DNA of 61,509 bases, counting the filler, from Choristocarpus tenellus KU-1152 (Eukaryota > Protista > Phaeophyceae): NCBI GenBank assembly GCA_964200185.2. It is 10 parts of 10 records of this genome, joined end to end, with 100 filler letters (N's around TTAATTAATTAA, not from the genome) between each part and the next. Parts side by side here need not be neighbours in the genome. Positions count along the whole stretch, not along the records: positions 1 to 6,062 come from CAXNAD020009038.1; positions 6,163 to 9,761 come from CAXNAD020019032.1; positions 9,862 to 13,013 come from CAXNAD020021934.1; 7 more parts are not named here. The stretch is one strand, 5' to 3'. The position numbers and the translations under genes are program-made. Positions 1 to 12,161 of this stretch are shown piece after piece; within the stretch, counting starts at the first letter, position 1; each line of letters starts with the position of its first letter. The notes under the pieces are model-generated. The model ran no database searches, was not told the DNA's origin, and saw only the letters and a program-made list of their open reading frames with translations.

Positions 1-17
1 GGGGCGTACCAGTCGAA

Positions 18-283
18 GTGGGTCCTATGGAACCCATGTTGAGGGAAAATTTCCCAGAGAGGGGAAACAGTTTGGATGCTGGGAGCATCAGAAGTGGAGC
101 AAGCCGGAGGTCCGGTTCTTCAGAGAGGTACCTGGCCGATATCCGGGCTGATGGTACTCCCTCTTGGGTCATGTGTGTGCGGTCTGATAATGGGGGGGAA
201 TTTTATGAGGGTGCTTTCGGCGTTCTTTGTCGTGATCGGGGGATAAAACAGGAGTTCACACCTGCAGACAGCCCTCAATTTCG
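18..283 (+). mobile_element. Ty1/Copia integrase core (rve) fragment, truncated
   Basis: Translation VRSDNGGEFYEGAFGVLCRDRGIKQEFTPADSPQF matches the Copia integrase signature RSDNGGEF...GI.hE.T....PQ.NG; similarity stops before the NG..ER motif. Confidence 0.85.
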
Positions 284-349
284 CCGGGTTTATCACCTTT
301 ATCCTCTTTGATGATTTTGGGGATGCTTTAACAGAAGTTACTAGTGCTA

Positions 350-962
350 GGATAACTAATCAACTGAATCCATCCGTTGATGTATCATTCCCAGCACTAG
401 TAGCTTCCTATAACGCCCGCAGCTCATCCAGTCCTTGTTCCAGAGTCCTCACGGCAAGATTGTAATCAGTCGCCGTCAATGCCGTAGTTAAATGAGGGAA
501 TAATGCCGTTGATATATTACATCTAAGAGCACACCACTCCATTTTTTGCACGACCTATGTGCAGATGCCCAGTAATGATGACCTGTGCCCTCAAGGCCGG
601 TGAAGAACACAAGGCGCAGTTTGTCGCTGTACACCGTCTTACGGACTTCTATACGATTGCCACGGTTTAACTGGGTGAGGATTCGACTTCGCTGCGCCTT
701 GTGTTCTTCACTGGCCTTGAGGGCACAGGTCATCATTATTGGGCATCTGCACATAGGTCGTGCATAAAAATGGAGTGGTGTGCTCTTAGATGCAATATAT
801 CAACGGCATTATTCCCTCGTTTAACTACGGCGTTGATGGTGACTGATTACAATCTTGCCATGAGGACTCTGGAACAAGGACTGGATGAGCTGCGGGCGTT
901 AGAGGAAGCTACTAGTGCTGGGAATGATACATCAACGGATGGATTCAGTGGATTAGTTATCC
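350..962. repeat. Long inverted duplication of a coding exon (arms 350-619 and 692-962, 72-nt loop)
   Basis: Manual alignment of the arms gives about 10 substitutions and 1 indel in ~270 bp; both strands encode FFTGLEGTGHHYWASAHRSC. Confidence 0.95.
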
Positions 963-3290
963 CAATCAATGCCGAGGAAGGCTGCCCACGAACGGGCATG
1001 ATGTCGTATCCAAACTTCAATGGTGAGTATAAGGCTCTGCAATACGTAAATATTGTTCTCCTGGCGCAGATGGCAGAGGAGAAGGGACTTGATTTGCGCA
1101 TCATCTATCTTCAGCGTTCTTCAACGGATATTCTCAGGTGTGAATATCAATTTTGGTATTATTGAAGTGATCTTAAGTATCTGGGGGGGGGGAAGGGGTC
1201 TACACCAGGGTGTGTCCATTTGGGTCAAAATCAGGAAAAGTGCATTTACATTATCTATCCGACGTATGCAACCAAATCACCCAAAACTCACTACATGAAA
1301 ACATTGGCCCCGAGTGGACAGCCGCCACACTTCCCCCCAGATACTTTGAGCCAAGTAGTGAATCACTCATCTCGAGCCAAACCAACTGAGAGATAGGTAA
1401 TAGTGTATTCGACGGATCCCAACAAAGGGGAAAAACGTGTCATTTTGTACAAATGAAGAAAGAGCATTTGCTTAGGTGTGGTGTCACTTTCTTTGTGGAA
1501 AGGGGGAGTATCAATTTCTTGCACACTATTATGTGCATAAAGCAATGAAACAACGTGTATTGCTCAAGGATAAGAAAGATATTTTGAAATTAATAAGGGC
1601 AAAACTTGTCTGTCTCTCACCTGGTTTGGTTCTTTGCTCAAAATTTCCTTTTAATTAGCAATTGTTTTTGCCATAATCTTGACCACCTCCGTTAACAGGT
1701 GCTGACTTGAGAACCTGCCTTTAATTTCCTTGTATCATTTTCAATAGTTTTGTTCCTTTCAAGAATGAGAAAAGAGCTACAATACAATTTGAGTATACTC
1801 TAGACTATATTTTATTCCGCCACCAATACACCCGCTACCTGCACCTTGTGAATGTGCATGGCAACTTCTTAGCTTCCCCTTCCTAAAAGTACTGGTTGTC
1901 TTCCTCATCAAAGCTGACTCATTTTGCAGGGACACTAGAGGTGGCATACACTGTGGTCTGATGGATTTGGTACCAAGAGACTTGTCTGACTACATAATCA
2001 ACCTTCCCTTCCCTTATCCTTATCCTTGCTGTTCCGTCTTCTGTGCATGTGTCATGATGCAACTTGCCTTGTAAGTTCTGATGTCCGGAGGGGTTTTGCT
2101 GGGAGTTTCATGATTGAAGCCCGGGTGCTCGGAGTAGTCGCAAATGCCTTATCGTTTACGTTTTCCCACATTGACATGGAGTTTATAAAGTGCTTCGATT
2201 CAGCATGGCTGATGACCCTGCACAATTATCGGACGTGACAGCATTGTTGTACCCTACTGAAGACATCGCCAGAGGAATGGCAACTGTGCTTGGTCAGAAA
2301 TACCACAAAACTAGGTGAGGAATATTGTAGCTCTGGTTCAGGTGGTTCGTCCTCCAAGTTCAACATTCAATGCAATCTTAGGGTTAAGGTAGTGGAGACA
2401 TGATACAGCTGGTTGTACCAATTTGTTAGGCGCTGGTGTGATAAACTTTCCTTGCATTAGTAGGTAGTACAATTACTGTCTATATTATAACATTTACATG
2501 TGTTTTCCTCGTCCCTTCTGGATGAATCTTTGATGTTGATAAAAGGGGAAGGTAGAACTCAAGAAGCTCTCGAAGCACTTGAAATTGCTCCTGGCACCTT
2601 ACCTCAGTTTGTCTCCTCTGCTCTCCAGGGTTTCATCGAGCATAGTTTGTACTGTGCCCCATTGTGTCCTACTTGACAAATAAATGCTCCTCTAAGCTAT
2701 ATTCTCTACTTGACATATGCACAGTTCAAAGAATGTTATTGGTTGGTGGGATGAAGTATATATTATAAACATTTTTGCTTTCTGTTTCTGATTTTGGAGA
2801 GTTACATGCACTATGTGAAAAGAGAACAAAGGTAGTTTGGATTATTCCCCTTGACGTTAGGATCTTCAAATTGTCTTTGACTTGCCTCATCAGTTGTTCA
2901 TTTTGCATTAATTAAGCTCCTGAGCCCACAGGCACAAGACTCTTGACCTGTTGATGCTTACCTCACGAAAAAAATCGAGTAACTGAATTTTCTTACGATT
3001 TCTTATGTTGACCTGTTCTGGTAGTGGATGCAACTAACACATTGAACATGGATGATGTCTTGGTGGGATAATGGTTTGGAAATATGGCGTACAGGGACGA
3101 AGCTGAGGAGAAAGAGCTTTATAAGCGGTTAGAAAATGCAGCAACATCAGCAGGGAACAGAGTTGAGAACAACCATGCATTTTCGCATTATTTTGATGAG
3201 GAGCTGTGGAAGAGTGCCCAGGACATCGAAATCCTGGCCAATTGTCTCCACCTTTCTGCCCCTCCTTACTCCCTCCAAGACCTTCCATGA
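692..3290 (+). pseudogene. Disrupted multi-exon sulfotransferase-like (P-loop fold) gene; exons ~692-1137, 2076-~2315, ~3070-3290
   Basis: LVFFTGLEGTGHH resembles a PAPS-binding loop, followed by LRIIYLQR..DIL. Donor AG|GTGTGA at 1137/1138 joins in frame to acceptor TAAG| at 2076 (DILSSDVRRGF). Apparent frameshift near 2200; the 5' end is rearranged. Confidence 0.55.
1169..1352 (+). mobile_element. ~186-bp MITE (PIF/Harbinger, Tourist-like), copy A, intronic
   Basis: Ends GATCTTAAGTATCTGGGGG...CCCCCAGATACTTTGAGCC; internal sequence shared with copies at 17299, 26162 and 40487; flanked by AAG(T) on both sides. Confidence 0.9.
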
Positions 3291-4699
3291 GGCATATCAC
3301 GTCATGGAAGTAGATCTAAATGATGTGCAACCACTTTCCATTTCGTAGCATCATTTGTACAGGTAATCTAGAGGCACCCAGGTTTAACCTAATCATGAAT
3401 TTGATGTACCTTTTCTATACTTCATGAATCACTTAACTCCCATGTAATGCATGTGAAGAGCACGAGTTCCGCAATTGAAGGAGGTCTCAGTGCAGAAGAG
3501 AGGACACAATAGATGGACATGTGATTGTTAGCATAAAGGGAGTCAAGAGTAAGTGGATTTGAACTGCCAATATTAAATTTTATATATTTGGGAAAAGAGA
3601 ATTGGTGCAGAAATGGAAAGCCCCTCCCTCCCCCCCTACTGTGCTGCGCCTTTCAAATGTGGAATTGTTTTTAGCAACAGAGGATGTCCAGATGAAGGAA
3701 ATATATCTCGATCCTCAATGCACTAGACAATTATTGCAAAGATATACAGCACAGCCAGTCACAGAGGCCCCCAAAATACTCCAACCTCCATATTTTATAC
3801 TCTCACTCATAATTTGTTTGAAATTATTGTTTCTCTTCGTCCAAGCACACATTCAATATTTGGAAAAAAATAATAGACTGAAAAGTTAGGAATTGATTAC
3901 TTGAATACTCGAAATTCAGTTGGTAGTAAATATTATCTATAATTGGACGTGACTGCACAGGTTGCTTAGGGAGGATCTGCACCATAATATTAATCGGTGG
4001 TGGCCCCGCTTCATGAGGATCAGGTTAGATTGACTTGTTAATTGGTATGGCATGTGGTGAAAAAATAACCCATTGTGTTAGGTAGTTTGGAAGTAGGCAT
4101 AGACAGACACAAGAATCATTTTGGTTGAAAATAATGCATGCGGATAAAACTCCTACAGCTTTCTTCTTGATACAATCTCACTATAAGTAATATTTTATCC
4201 GTGAAATACTCGTAGTTAGTTGAGACCACATTAATCAAGAAATGGAATGGAGTAATCAATATACCCCGGAGTAAAGTGAAGATTAAGAAGACGCGAAAAA
4301 ATAATTGAACGCCGAAAAAAAACGGGTATCTGTGAGGATATTCAACAGAAGGGGGTAGTGAGAAATCAATTTCATGTGTTCCTACATTGATCCAAAACTC
4401 AGCCAAAGAAATTATCACTTTTGATAATCAAAAACAAATGTGCTCAACCAAAAATAGCTCGAGGGCAAAATGTCAACCAATAACAGTGGGAAACATTATA
4501 CACACTAATCTGAAGCACATTCATCAAAGCATTTACAGTTTTTTTAAAAAGAACACTGTACGTGTCCTATTATACTTGAATATTGAGCCAAGAAAAACAC
4601 ATGACATATTTTTCATGCACTCCTTTAAACTAATGAGGACAATATAATAACATTGGTGAATCCAAAAATACGCTCAACCAACTATACTAGGACAAGGTG

Positions 4700-5500
4700 C
4701 CAAGAAAAACAAGAGCCAAAACATTCATTTGAGAAAATGACTTCAGCCCCATTCCAACAATGTGGAGCACAGGAAGGGGAAGTCAGTGAAAAAATACGTA
4801 GTGCGGATGGATGAGCAAAGATTGCGTGAAGGAGAGTAGGAAAGGTTGGTGTATATGATAGGTGTGTGTTTGCAGAAGGGTACCAACGGAATTGCATTAA
4901 CAGAAATGTTCATTTATTATGTGTATTCGTTTGTTGGAAGTGAGTGTGGCAATGTTGTTGAGGAGAAAGTCAGTGTCGAAATTCGTAGTAGTGCAAAAGC
5001 AAAGGTGAACAAAATAGTGTCAAGGAGTAGCACTCGATGGAAGGATACAGCACGCCAGAAGAGAATGGACATGATATGGATGGATTGAAGACAACGCTTA
5101 GTATGTTTGTGGGAAATATTTCGTCGAGAACAGTAGATAATAAACTTTGCTAGGATACAGGTGTTGTCCACAAATCGAAAGGAAGGATCAACGGTGTAAA
5201 ATGTATAAAATGTGAAGTCATGTTTGGCGTGGGTATGTTTGTTGGATGTAGAGGATGAGGAAGTCATAGTTGCAAAGTTCTACATGTCCAATGAAAGAAG
5301 GAGAGCCATACCTGAAGGATGCGAAGGTAAGGGGGAAGCTGGCCACCTCAATTTGCGAGTATTGATATGCGAAGAATATGTAAGGATTTTGTTTTTGGGC
5401 ATACTGTAGAGAATGAAGGGATTATTTACGAATTTCTTGCATCTTCCTGGGTATAAAAAGCAATAGATTTCTACACGAGCCGCGATAAACCCAGTGATAT
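4700..5500 (-). mobile_element. Highly decayed reverse transcriptase remnant, possibly Penelope-like
   Basis: SFRFVDN (FRFxDD-like catalytic motif) near 5165-5185, then RWYPSANTHLS and LCSS...F...LCSTLLEWG, which resemble the PLE RT C-terminal region; many frameshifts. Confidence 0.4.
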
Positions 5501-6062
5501 GTTGATTGTTAGGTGGAGGTGCTTGAAAGGACCTTAACGTCGACGTGTTGTGGAGTGGATAATGGTTTATGGCAATTGATGATTGACAATGTCGCGGGGA
5601 GGGAACAAGTGAGTCTCTGCAAAAGGACATCAGAGTGCATAGGACCGAATATTTGTTATGGTCAATGGATTATAAATATTAGAAGTTGGTGTAGGTTCGA
5701 AAGGCGTACTAGGACAAATATGGGGGGCTGGTGATGGGTGAAGAAGGCAAAGTGGACGGGTTCGTTAAGCAATGTGCAGGATACCAAGTCTCGGCAATAA
5801 AGTACGTAGATTAATCCTTCTCAGTTATGTTGTAGGAGGAGGAGAGTTGGAGTGAGAAATACCATCCAAGCGGGGGGTGGTAGACCCTTCACTCATCCCT
5901 GATCACAAATAACTCATTGTTAAATAACTTTTACTTGCTACAAGATTCCTTTTCTATTATTCTTCTAATGATACTGTAATATCCTGGATCTTGTTCTCTT
6001 GGTCACTCAATAGAAAAATTACTATTGACTAACCAGTTATGGATCAATGTATCTTAGGGGGG

Positions 6063-6162
6063 NNNNNNNNNNNNNNNNNNNNNNNNNNNNNNNNNNNNNN
6101 NNNNNNTTAATTAATTAANNNNNNNNNNNNNNNNNNNNNNNNNNNNNNNNNNNNNNNNNNNN
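6063..6162. other. Artificial contig spacer (also at 9762-9861, 13014-13113, 19088-19187, 24814-24913, 28603-28702, 39134-39233, 44358-44457, 48441-48540)
   Basis: Identical 100-nt blocks of N around TTAATTAATTAA, which gives stops in all six frames. Confidence 0.98.
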
Positions 6163-7149
6163 CTTTTCCGGATGAGTCCTTCCTACGCAGAGGAGCAACT
6201 GGGAATTGGCTAGAGGGAGCCCGGAGTGGGGCTATAACAGGAGTGGGTGTGACTGCAATGGGCGGACCAGACATAGTGGTGTTGTTGTGGGCAAGGTCTC
6301 TATCCCGGTATTCGGTGGCGGGATCTCTGTAAATGGGCTGGGCAAGCTGGGCCTGTGAGCATAGAAGCCTCCTTGCCTCATCCTCCAGGAGGTCCTCACA
6401 GTCTCCATCGGAGTACTCCTAAAGTGTTCATGCAATGGGAAGGGGTGGGGAATGGCAGGCTTGTCGTAAATGCTCCATCGTCTGGGGGATAAAAAAATAA
6501 TGAATCATGGAAGATTAAAAAAATATATGGTAGGGGGTGAGGGGGTTCAACTTTGTGAAAATGACCTCATGAAAATTCATTTTCACAGCCTTGGAAGGCG
6601 AAGGGCATCTGAAGGGCATATACCTCCATGACTTCAGAGATGGCCCCGAGAAGTGGATTCACTTGGGATGGGAGAGGACCATGTTTAGTACCTGAATCAT
6701 GAATACGGTTTACAATCAGGTGACACAAATATTATACTATTCCCTTTGAAACATGTAACACTAACTGAAGAGGGGGATCCTCGTGGGTACAATACCCAAC
6801 AAGGGATAAAAATTACATCACACAGTGTGCAACAAAGCTGTATGATCACAACCAATTTGGCCTCAGGAAAGAGGAAGGAAAACACAACCCAATGTTGCCA
6901 GCTTTGATACTAACAATATAAACTTGAGAGGAGTGAGGGGAGAGAGGCTTGGCTTACCACACGGTAGAGTACTTGATTTGTTGGGGAAACGCCACGGGCC
7001 TGACGATGGGCGAACGTTACACGTCCATCGAGTTCTCCAAAGCTGAAGTGTTTACGCACATTTCGTCCAACCAGGCCGGCCAAGTCCGAGACCCTCAGCA
7101 AGCCGACATCACCTCGCACGAGGTCTGGGGCCTTCCGGTTAAGGGTGGG
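6163..7149 (-). CDS. Partial gene with a PTM/DIR17-like Tudor domain (exons ~7149-6958 and 6418-contig end)
   Basis: Donor GTG|GTAAGC at 6958/6957 joins in phase 0 to acceptor TTTAG| at 6418, giving LVGRNVRKHFSFGELDGRVT...VLYRV-EYSDGDCEDL, the LVGR.VRK.F....G.V...YRV.YxDGDxEDL pattern. The 5' exon boundary is uncertain. Confidence 0.7.
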
Positions 7150-8666
7150 CTGGGTAAAGTGAGTTGGTAGGGATATACCAGTGTGTACATCGTATCTTAG
7201 TTGGTAATGCAACTACAGCATGACCTTACCTAACCGTCGTCACTGGACTATATTCGAGCTAGAAAGCGTGGGATATCAATCTTGACACATTTCGATTCGC
7301 AAAAGCACCACTACGCAAAGGCTGCATAGCAGCAACTCTCTTGGCCATAACCGTGAACATGTTTGGAAAACTCCTTTAACCAACGTCGCCCTTCTCTCAC
7401 CTGACCGTCCATCATAGCGTCCAGGTACGGTGACTAAAGCCACGACAGATCTCAAGCAGTAGTTGTAGCTGTTCGCTACCACAGTAACTGGAGCAAGATC
7501 CTGAGAGGATACAACAACAGGACCTGCTAGATGGGCTCCCCAATATTGTGCCTTCCTTACCAGCAGTGTATCGTGCAACCACCAAGAAGGGGATTGCCAA
7601 GCCAAGTACCTGGTCAAGGTTCAGCCCCGACTACTCTTTCCTTGGATATACCGATATCCTAAAGCTGCTGAGCAGCACAAGGCATGAGATGTCACCGAAA
7701 CGGAAGTGAGTTGGAGAGGTTTTGTCGTCGACAAGATGCTTCCACAACTCCTCTTGTTCGAAGTCAGGCCTTGAGATGAAGTGTCTTCAACGCCTTTGCA
7801 AACCCCTGTAATATGCACTTTAGATACCCTCTAGAGGAGGATCGCCTTAATGCTCTCTCATTTCTTCCCAACTCGCGTTGAAATGCAGCGAAGCAAAATG
7901 GTAACCCTCCCAACCTAGTCCGCCAAAAAAACTTGGACATGTTGTCGTGAATAAGACGCGAGCCGCGAGAGGCGTTTTTTTCAAAATTTAAACTTGACAC
8001 CAACACACTTCGAAACACACAACAGACAGATCAGGAGCCTGAAGCTACATAGCACAGATCACTGTCGATACCGTAGGCTTATTGCGAAACGATTATGGCC
8101 GAAGTTCTTGCCTACCCGTGTGAGTTGCTGGAACGAAAAAAAAATTCGACGCTTGGAGACGAAAGAGGCTCAGGGCCAGCTGTTTACGGTGATTACTCTA
8201 GAGATCTCAAGAGTGTGTGTTGTGTTGCGAAATGGGCAATGCAACACTCTTGATTTTGTTTAGAAGTAGTGGCCTGGCCTTAGCTGAATTTAGGGTAGTT
8301 GAAGTTAACGTTTCTTTACCCGTGCTGCTCCGAGTCAATTTTTTGTTCCTTTGAACTTGGCCCTCTCTCTAATCTCCAACTCCTCTTATGTACTCGATTA
8401 ATTACATTACTCCTCTGAAGACAGATCAAAATCATGGCGACAACAGTTCTCCAATGCTCACCACTGGTGATCTTGGCGTATACCCAGTTGAACCGCTTTT
8501 GGGGCTTTCCCAATGGCGCACCATCTGCTACAACATCAGAACCCGAACATGGCAAACGCAACTCTTCATAAAACTGTTACCACTTTCCTGCTAACATCTT
8601 CCTCTTCTCCTCTCCTAAACACCATATCATCCCTTCATTGCTCAAACCTTGGACTTGCCGATCAAG

Positions 8667-9246
8667 ACTTTTGGACCACCCGTTGCACCAATTGTCCGGC
8701 TGCCCTCGACCAGCTCGACTTGCTGGCCAAGAGCCGCCCATCAGTGGCATTCATCAGTGTAAATATTGACGATGCCTCTGTTGCTTCCTCCCTTGTCAGT
8801 AAAGCAGCCTCCGAAGGTCGCTGGACCAGGTGAGTGAACTTCCTTTGGGAATTTCGTGTCTACACATCCGCACATGTTGCACTTTGTCTGGCTATGGTAA
8901 AGCTCCAAGTAATCACATGGAACAAGGTGGAGAATTCCTTGTCTCCCTACCCCCACATCATGGTGGTTACATCCCAGTCCCTTGCCCCCCTCTTTCCCAC
9001 GTCAACAATGATTCATAATCATTTTCCCTTGCCCTTCACACACTTGTCCACTCCATACACCCTCCTTTCCAGGGCTGGGAAACCTTTTTTTGCCCTCAGT
9101 TATTCACCAGGTTAATGACCATCAATCCACTATCGATTCATCCCTCCGTCAGGCTAAACCATGTCCACCTCAGGGAGACCGACAAGGAGAGAGCCAAGGC
9201 TTACCTGGGGATGAAGTCCGTGCCTTTCTATGCCGTTGTTGACCAG
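8667..9246 (+). CDS. Partial thioredoxin-fold CxxC protein (exons 8667-8829 and 9153-9246)
   Basis: DFWTTRCTNCPAALDQL...FISVNID; donor AG|GTGAGT joins acceptor TCAG|G in frame to LNHVHL...LGMKSVPFYAVVDQ, which contains the cis-Pro VP motif. Confidence 0.8.
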
Positions 9247-9909
9247 GTTTGCACGGCCCTCCCTCCTCATTGACCTTGCACAGGCCTTCAGGGCCTCAAC
9301 CACCATTGTATAGGCATGTATGTAACACCGTGAGGACTTGCTTGGTTGTGTGGTACCCGCCATGATAAGATCCAAGAAAACTTGCTGATCTACATCCGAC
9401 CTCAACCCAGAAATCGATAGATAATAACCTTGGTCAAGTTCACCCTCTGTCCCAATAGGACATCCATCCCCCTAGCCCCTAGTAAAGAACTTGTCCCTGG
9501 TACGTTTCCGAGACTTGGTTGTATCGTCAAACCGTTAAAAAAATAAAAAATAAAAATAAAAAAAAGAACCCAAGGGCATATTATTTCTTGCACTTCAAAT
9601 CCAAGTCTTATCTTTACATCGGGGGCTTTTTTGCACAGGAATGTCTGCGGCATCAATCCGAACATCCAGAACAGGAATTCCATATTGTCCTCTCTCTCTC
9701 CCTGCTGTTGTTAAAAAAAAAAAATCCTACATCTTTCCCATTCCCCCATTCCCCTCCCCCCNNNNNNNNNNNNNNNNNNNNNNNNNNNNNNNNNNNNNNN
9801 NNNNNTTAATTAATTAANNNNNNNNNNNNNNNNNNNNNNNNNNNNNNNNNNNNNNNNNNNNCAAGCTGATCTGATAAACAACTCAATTTGCTCTGGTCCA
9901 TCCTCTCAA

Positions 9910-9964
<55 letters not shown>

Positions 9965-10027
9965 TTTATCTCTCTCCAAAAAAGAACCCCCCACTCTGCC
10001 CCCCCCCCCCCCATCTCCCCACCCCAG

Positions 10028-10972
10028 TTGTATCCTCAGTTCTGTATGGCGTATAAAGAGAGCACTGGCATGTTCAGCCCTGACAGCTTCTCATCTTTTC
10101 AGCGAACGCTCAAGGAGGAGTCGAGAGGGCTGGGCTTGAAGTCGGCACTGGCTCTTGTACGATTGAGTCATCATGACCCGGATGTGTTTTATAAGTTCAA
10201 ACAGGCAAGTGTGGGTTGGACAAAAAAAAAAAGATTTTCTGTACTTGAATACTCATAAATGCACATATTTATGTAGATACGTGTAGTGAAGCATGTCTCG
10301 CGCAGGCGCAGCCTCCTTTGATTTTTTTTTTCTAGTTGATGTTTTGCGGTGGGTTTTGTTTGATTGGTCGATTTTTACGGGTTGGCTGTTGTTTCATTGG
10401 TGTAGAATTTTACTCTCGAAGAAGATGAAGCTTGAGGGCCTGGTGGGTTTTTTATTTTATTTGTGGGTAGTGCTGGCGCTGCGTTTCTTGCGGGATTAGG
10501 GTTAGGGTTAGATGCTTGAAAGTACTCTGCTCGTATGACATCGCTTCAATCTTTGGGTAGTAGTCCCGATTTGAAGTTGAAGTTGAACCATGTTTTGTCT
10601 TTGGTCTGTTTGATATTGCGCAGCAAGGGTCAACCTCGGGGTATGCTACAAACAACATCAGTAGTGTAGTTGTGTACTGATTGATTGCTTAGGGTTGGGG
10701 TTAAGAAGGTTTCCATTGTTGAATCCAAGGTTCACGGGGCTTTGATTGTGGTTTTAACAGTTGGGTGATGGAGTGCTCGAGCTGAATATGCGCTCACTTT
10801 TTTTTTTGTAGTGAGATCATCCCTGTCGATCTTGGCGTATGTCAAGTGCGGACCGGAGGATGGTGAAGTGTTCCAACAGGGTGGTTTTGAATAGGATCCG
10901 CTGTAGGAGACGAAAACTACTACAGCCTTTCGGGTTTTCACTTAACGCCTACAAATCTTGTGAGAACCTGGC

Positions 10973-11031
<59 letters not shown>

Positions 11032-11958
11032 CGGGTGTTTATCATCTGTGTTCAGGTGTATGATTGTAGGGGCAGACAATAGAGCAGCATGTATCAGCGC
11101 TGCTACCCCATTCTTTAGCTAACTCCGTCTTGACCTGTTTCAACTGACTGCTTCCCCAATAACCAGGTGTTCATAGACAAGGGGCCATATGCTGGGGAGA
11201 AGCTACGGAGTGACATCAGGTGTGAATGATCTTAATGCTTCTGGATGTCTCTGTTTGTTGAACTGTGTGGTCCCTTCCCTGCCCTTCTGAAAAGGAACAG
11301 AGTGTTGTGGAGTGTTGCATCTAATGTGGACACTGCCGGGTAAATGTGTAGCCCTCGAGTAGCTGTAGTTTTGGAGTATGAAGTTTCCGATCCTTATGTT
11401 GGAGGGTTAGGGTTAGGGTTAGGACTTTTGACTCGAAGGTGCTGGCTTGGTGGGGGCTCCTGTAGCGCTCCAGTCCGAAACAGGAACGTTGGTGCAGTTG
11501 GTCAAGTTTAGGGCGTGTTTAAGGTGGGCTCAGGATGTTACGAGTGTGTGACCGTGATTTGTGGAGGATAGGATAGGATAGGATAGGATAGGAAGTCCTT
11601 ACAATGCCCCTCGATGATGTGTTCAAATTTATAGCATAGAGACAGACCTGTATGTGTGCCTGCGGGTGGGGTGCAGGTGCGTGCGGGTGTTGAGTGTGAT
11701 GTTGCCTTGAGGATGTCAAGGGGTATGGCCTTTTTTCACAAGATGGACCGAGCATGGAGTACCGTAGGAGTACCGTAAGAGTACTGTAGGAGTACTGTAA
11801 GAGTACCGTAGGAGTACCATAACTACCTCTTGTACTGTCAAGGTTCTGGAATAGAGGAGGCTGCAAGAGCGAATGCATCCTATTGGCCAAGTGCAATACA
11901 GAAGTCGATCCATTGGATGTAGTTGTTCCTATTTGTGTGTTTCCTCTGCCCCCCCCCC

Positions 11959-11994
<36 letters not shown>

Positions 11995-12161
11995 CGCTCA
12001 CTCGCTCAATGTTGGCGGGGTTTGTTTGACATGAACAGGCGAGACATGAGACTCATCAACCAGTTGTACTTTCCGTTGCAACCCTCCAAGGACGTGGCGT
12101 TTGAGATGGGTCGAATCTTCATGGGTCTCAAAGACTTTCAGTCTGCTGCGGAGTTGTTCAG
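10028..12161 (+). CDS. Partial gene, C-terminal helical/TPR region of a probable MidA-like SAM-dependent methyltransferase (exons ~10028/10040-10204, 11167-11219, 12039-12161)
   Basis: Three exons splice in frame: ...LALVRLSHHDPDVFYKFKQ|VFIDKGPYAGEKLRSDIR|RDMRLINQLYFPLQPSKDVAFEMGRIFMGLKDFQSAAELFR. The first donor is GCAAGT. The gene structure is well supported; the family is recalled from the LRLS.wD / YFP....D.AFE.G pattern and is less certain. Confidence 0.7.
10976..11027. repeat. (CA)n microsatellite
   Basis: Perfect dinucleotide run. Confidence 0.95.
11757..11819. repeat. 11-bp minisatellite (GAGTACYGTAR) x~5-6
   Basis: gagtaccgtag gagtaccgtaa gagtactgtag gagtactgtaa gagtaccgtag gagtacca; a (GATAG)n run lies nearby at ~11566-11592. 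Confidence 0.85.

Noticed and set aside
6063-6162. Recurring TTAATTAATTAA motif as a biological signal
   Set aside because: It is always centred in identical N blocks; an artificial six-frame-stop linker.
9888-10139. Poly-Pro/poly-Gly ORFs (also 11519-12001, 23301-23495)
   Set aside because: Translations of intronic poly-C, (CT)n and (CA)n tracts.
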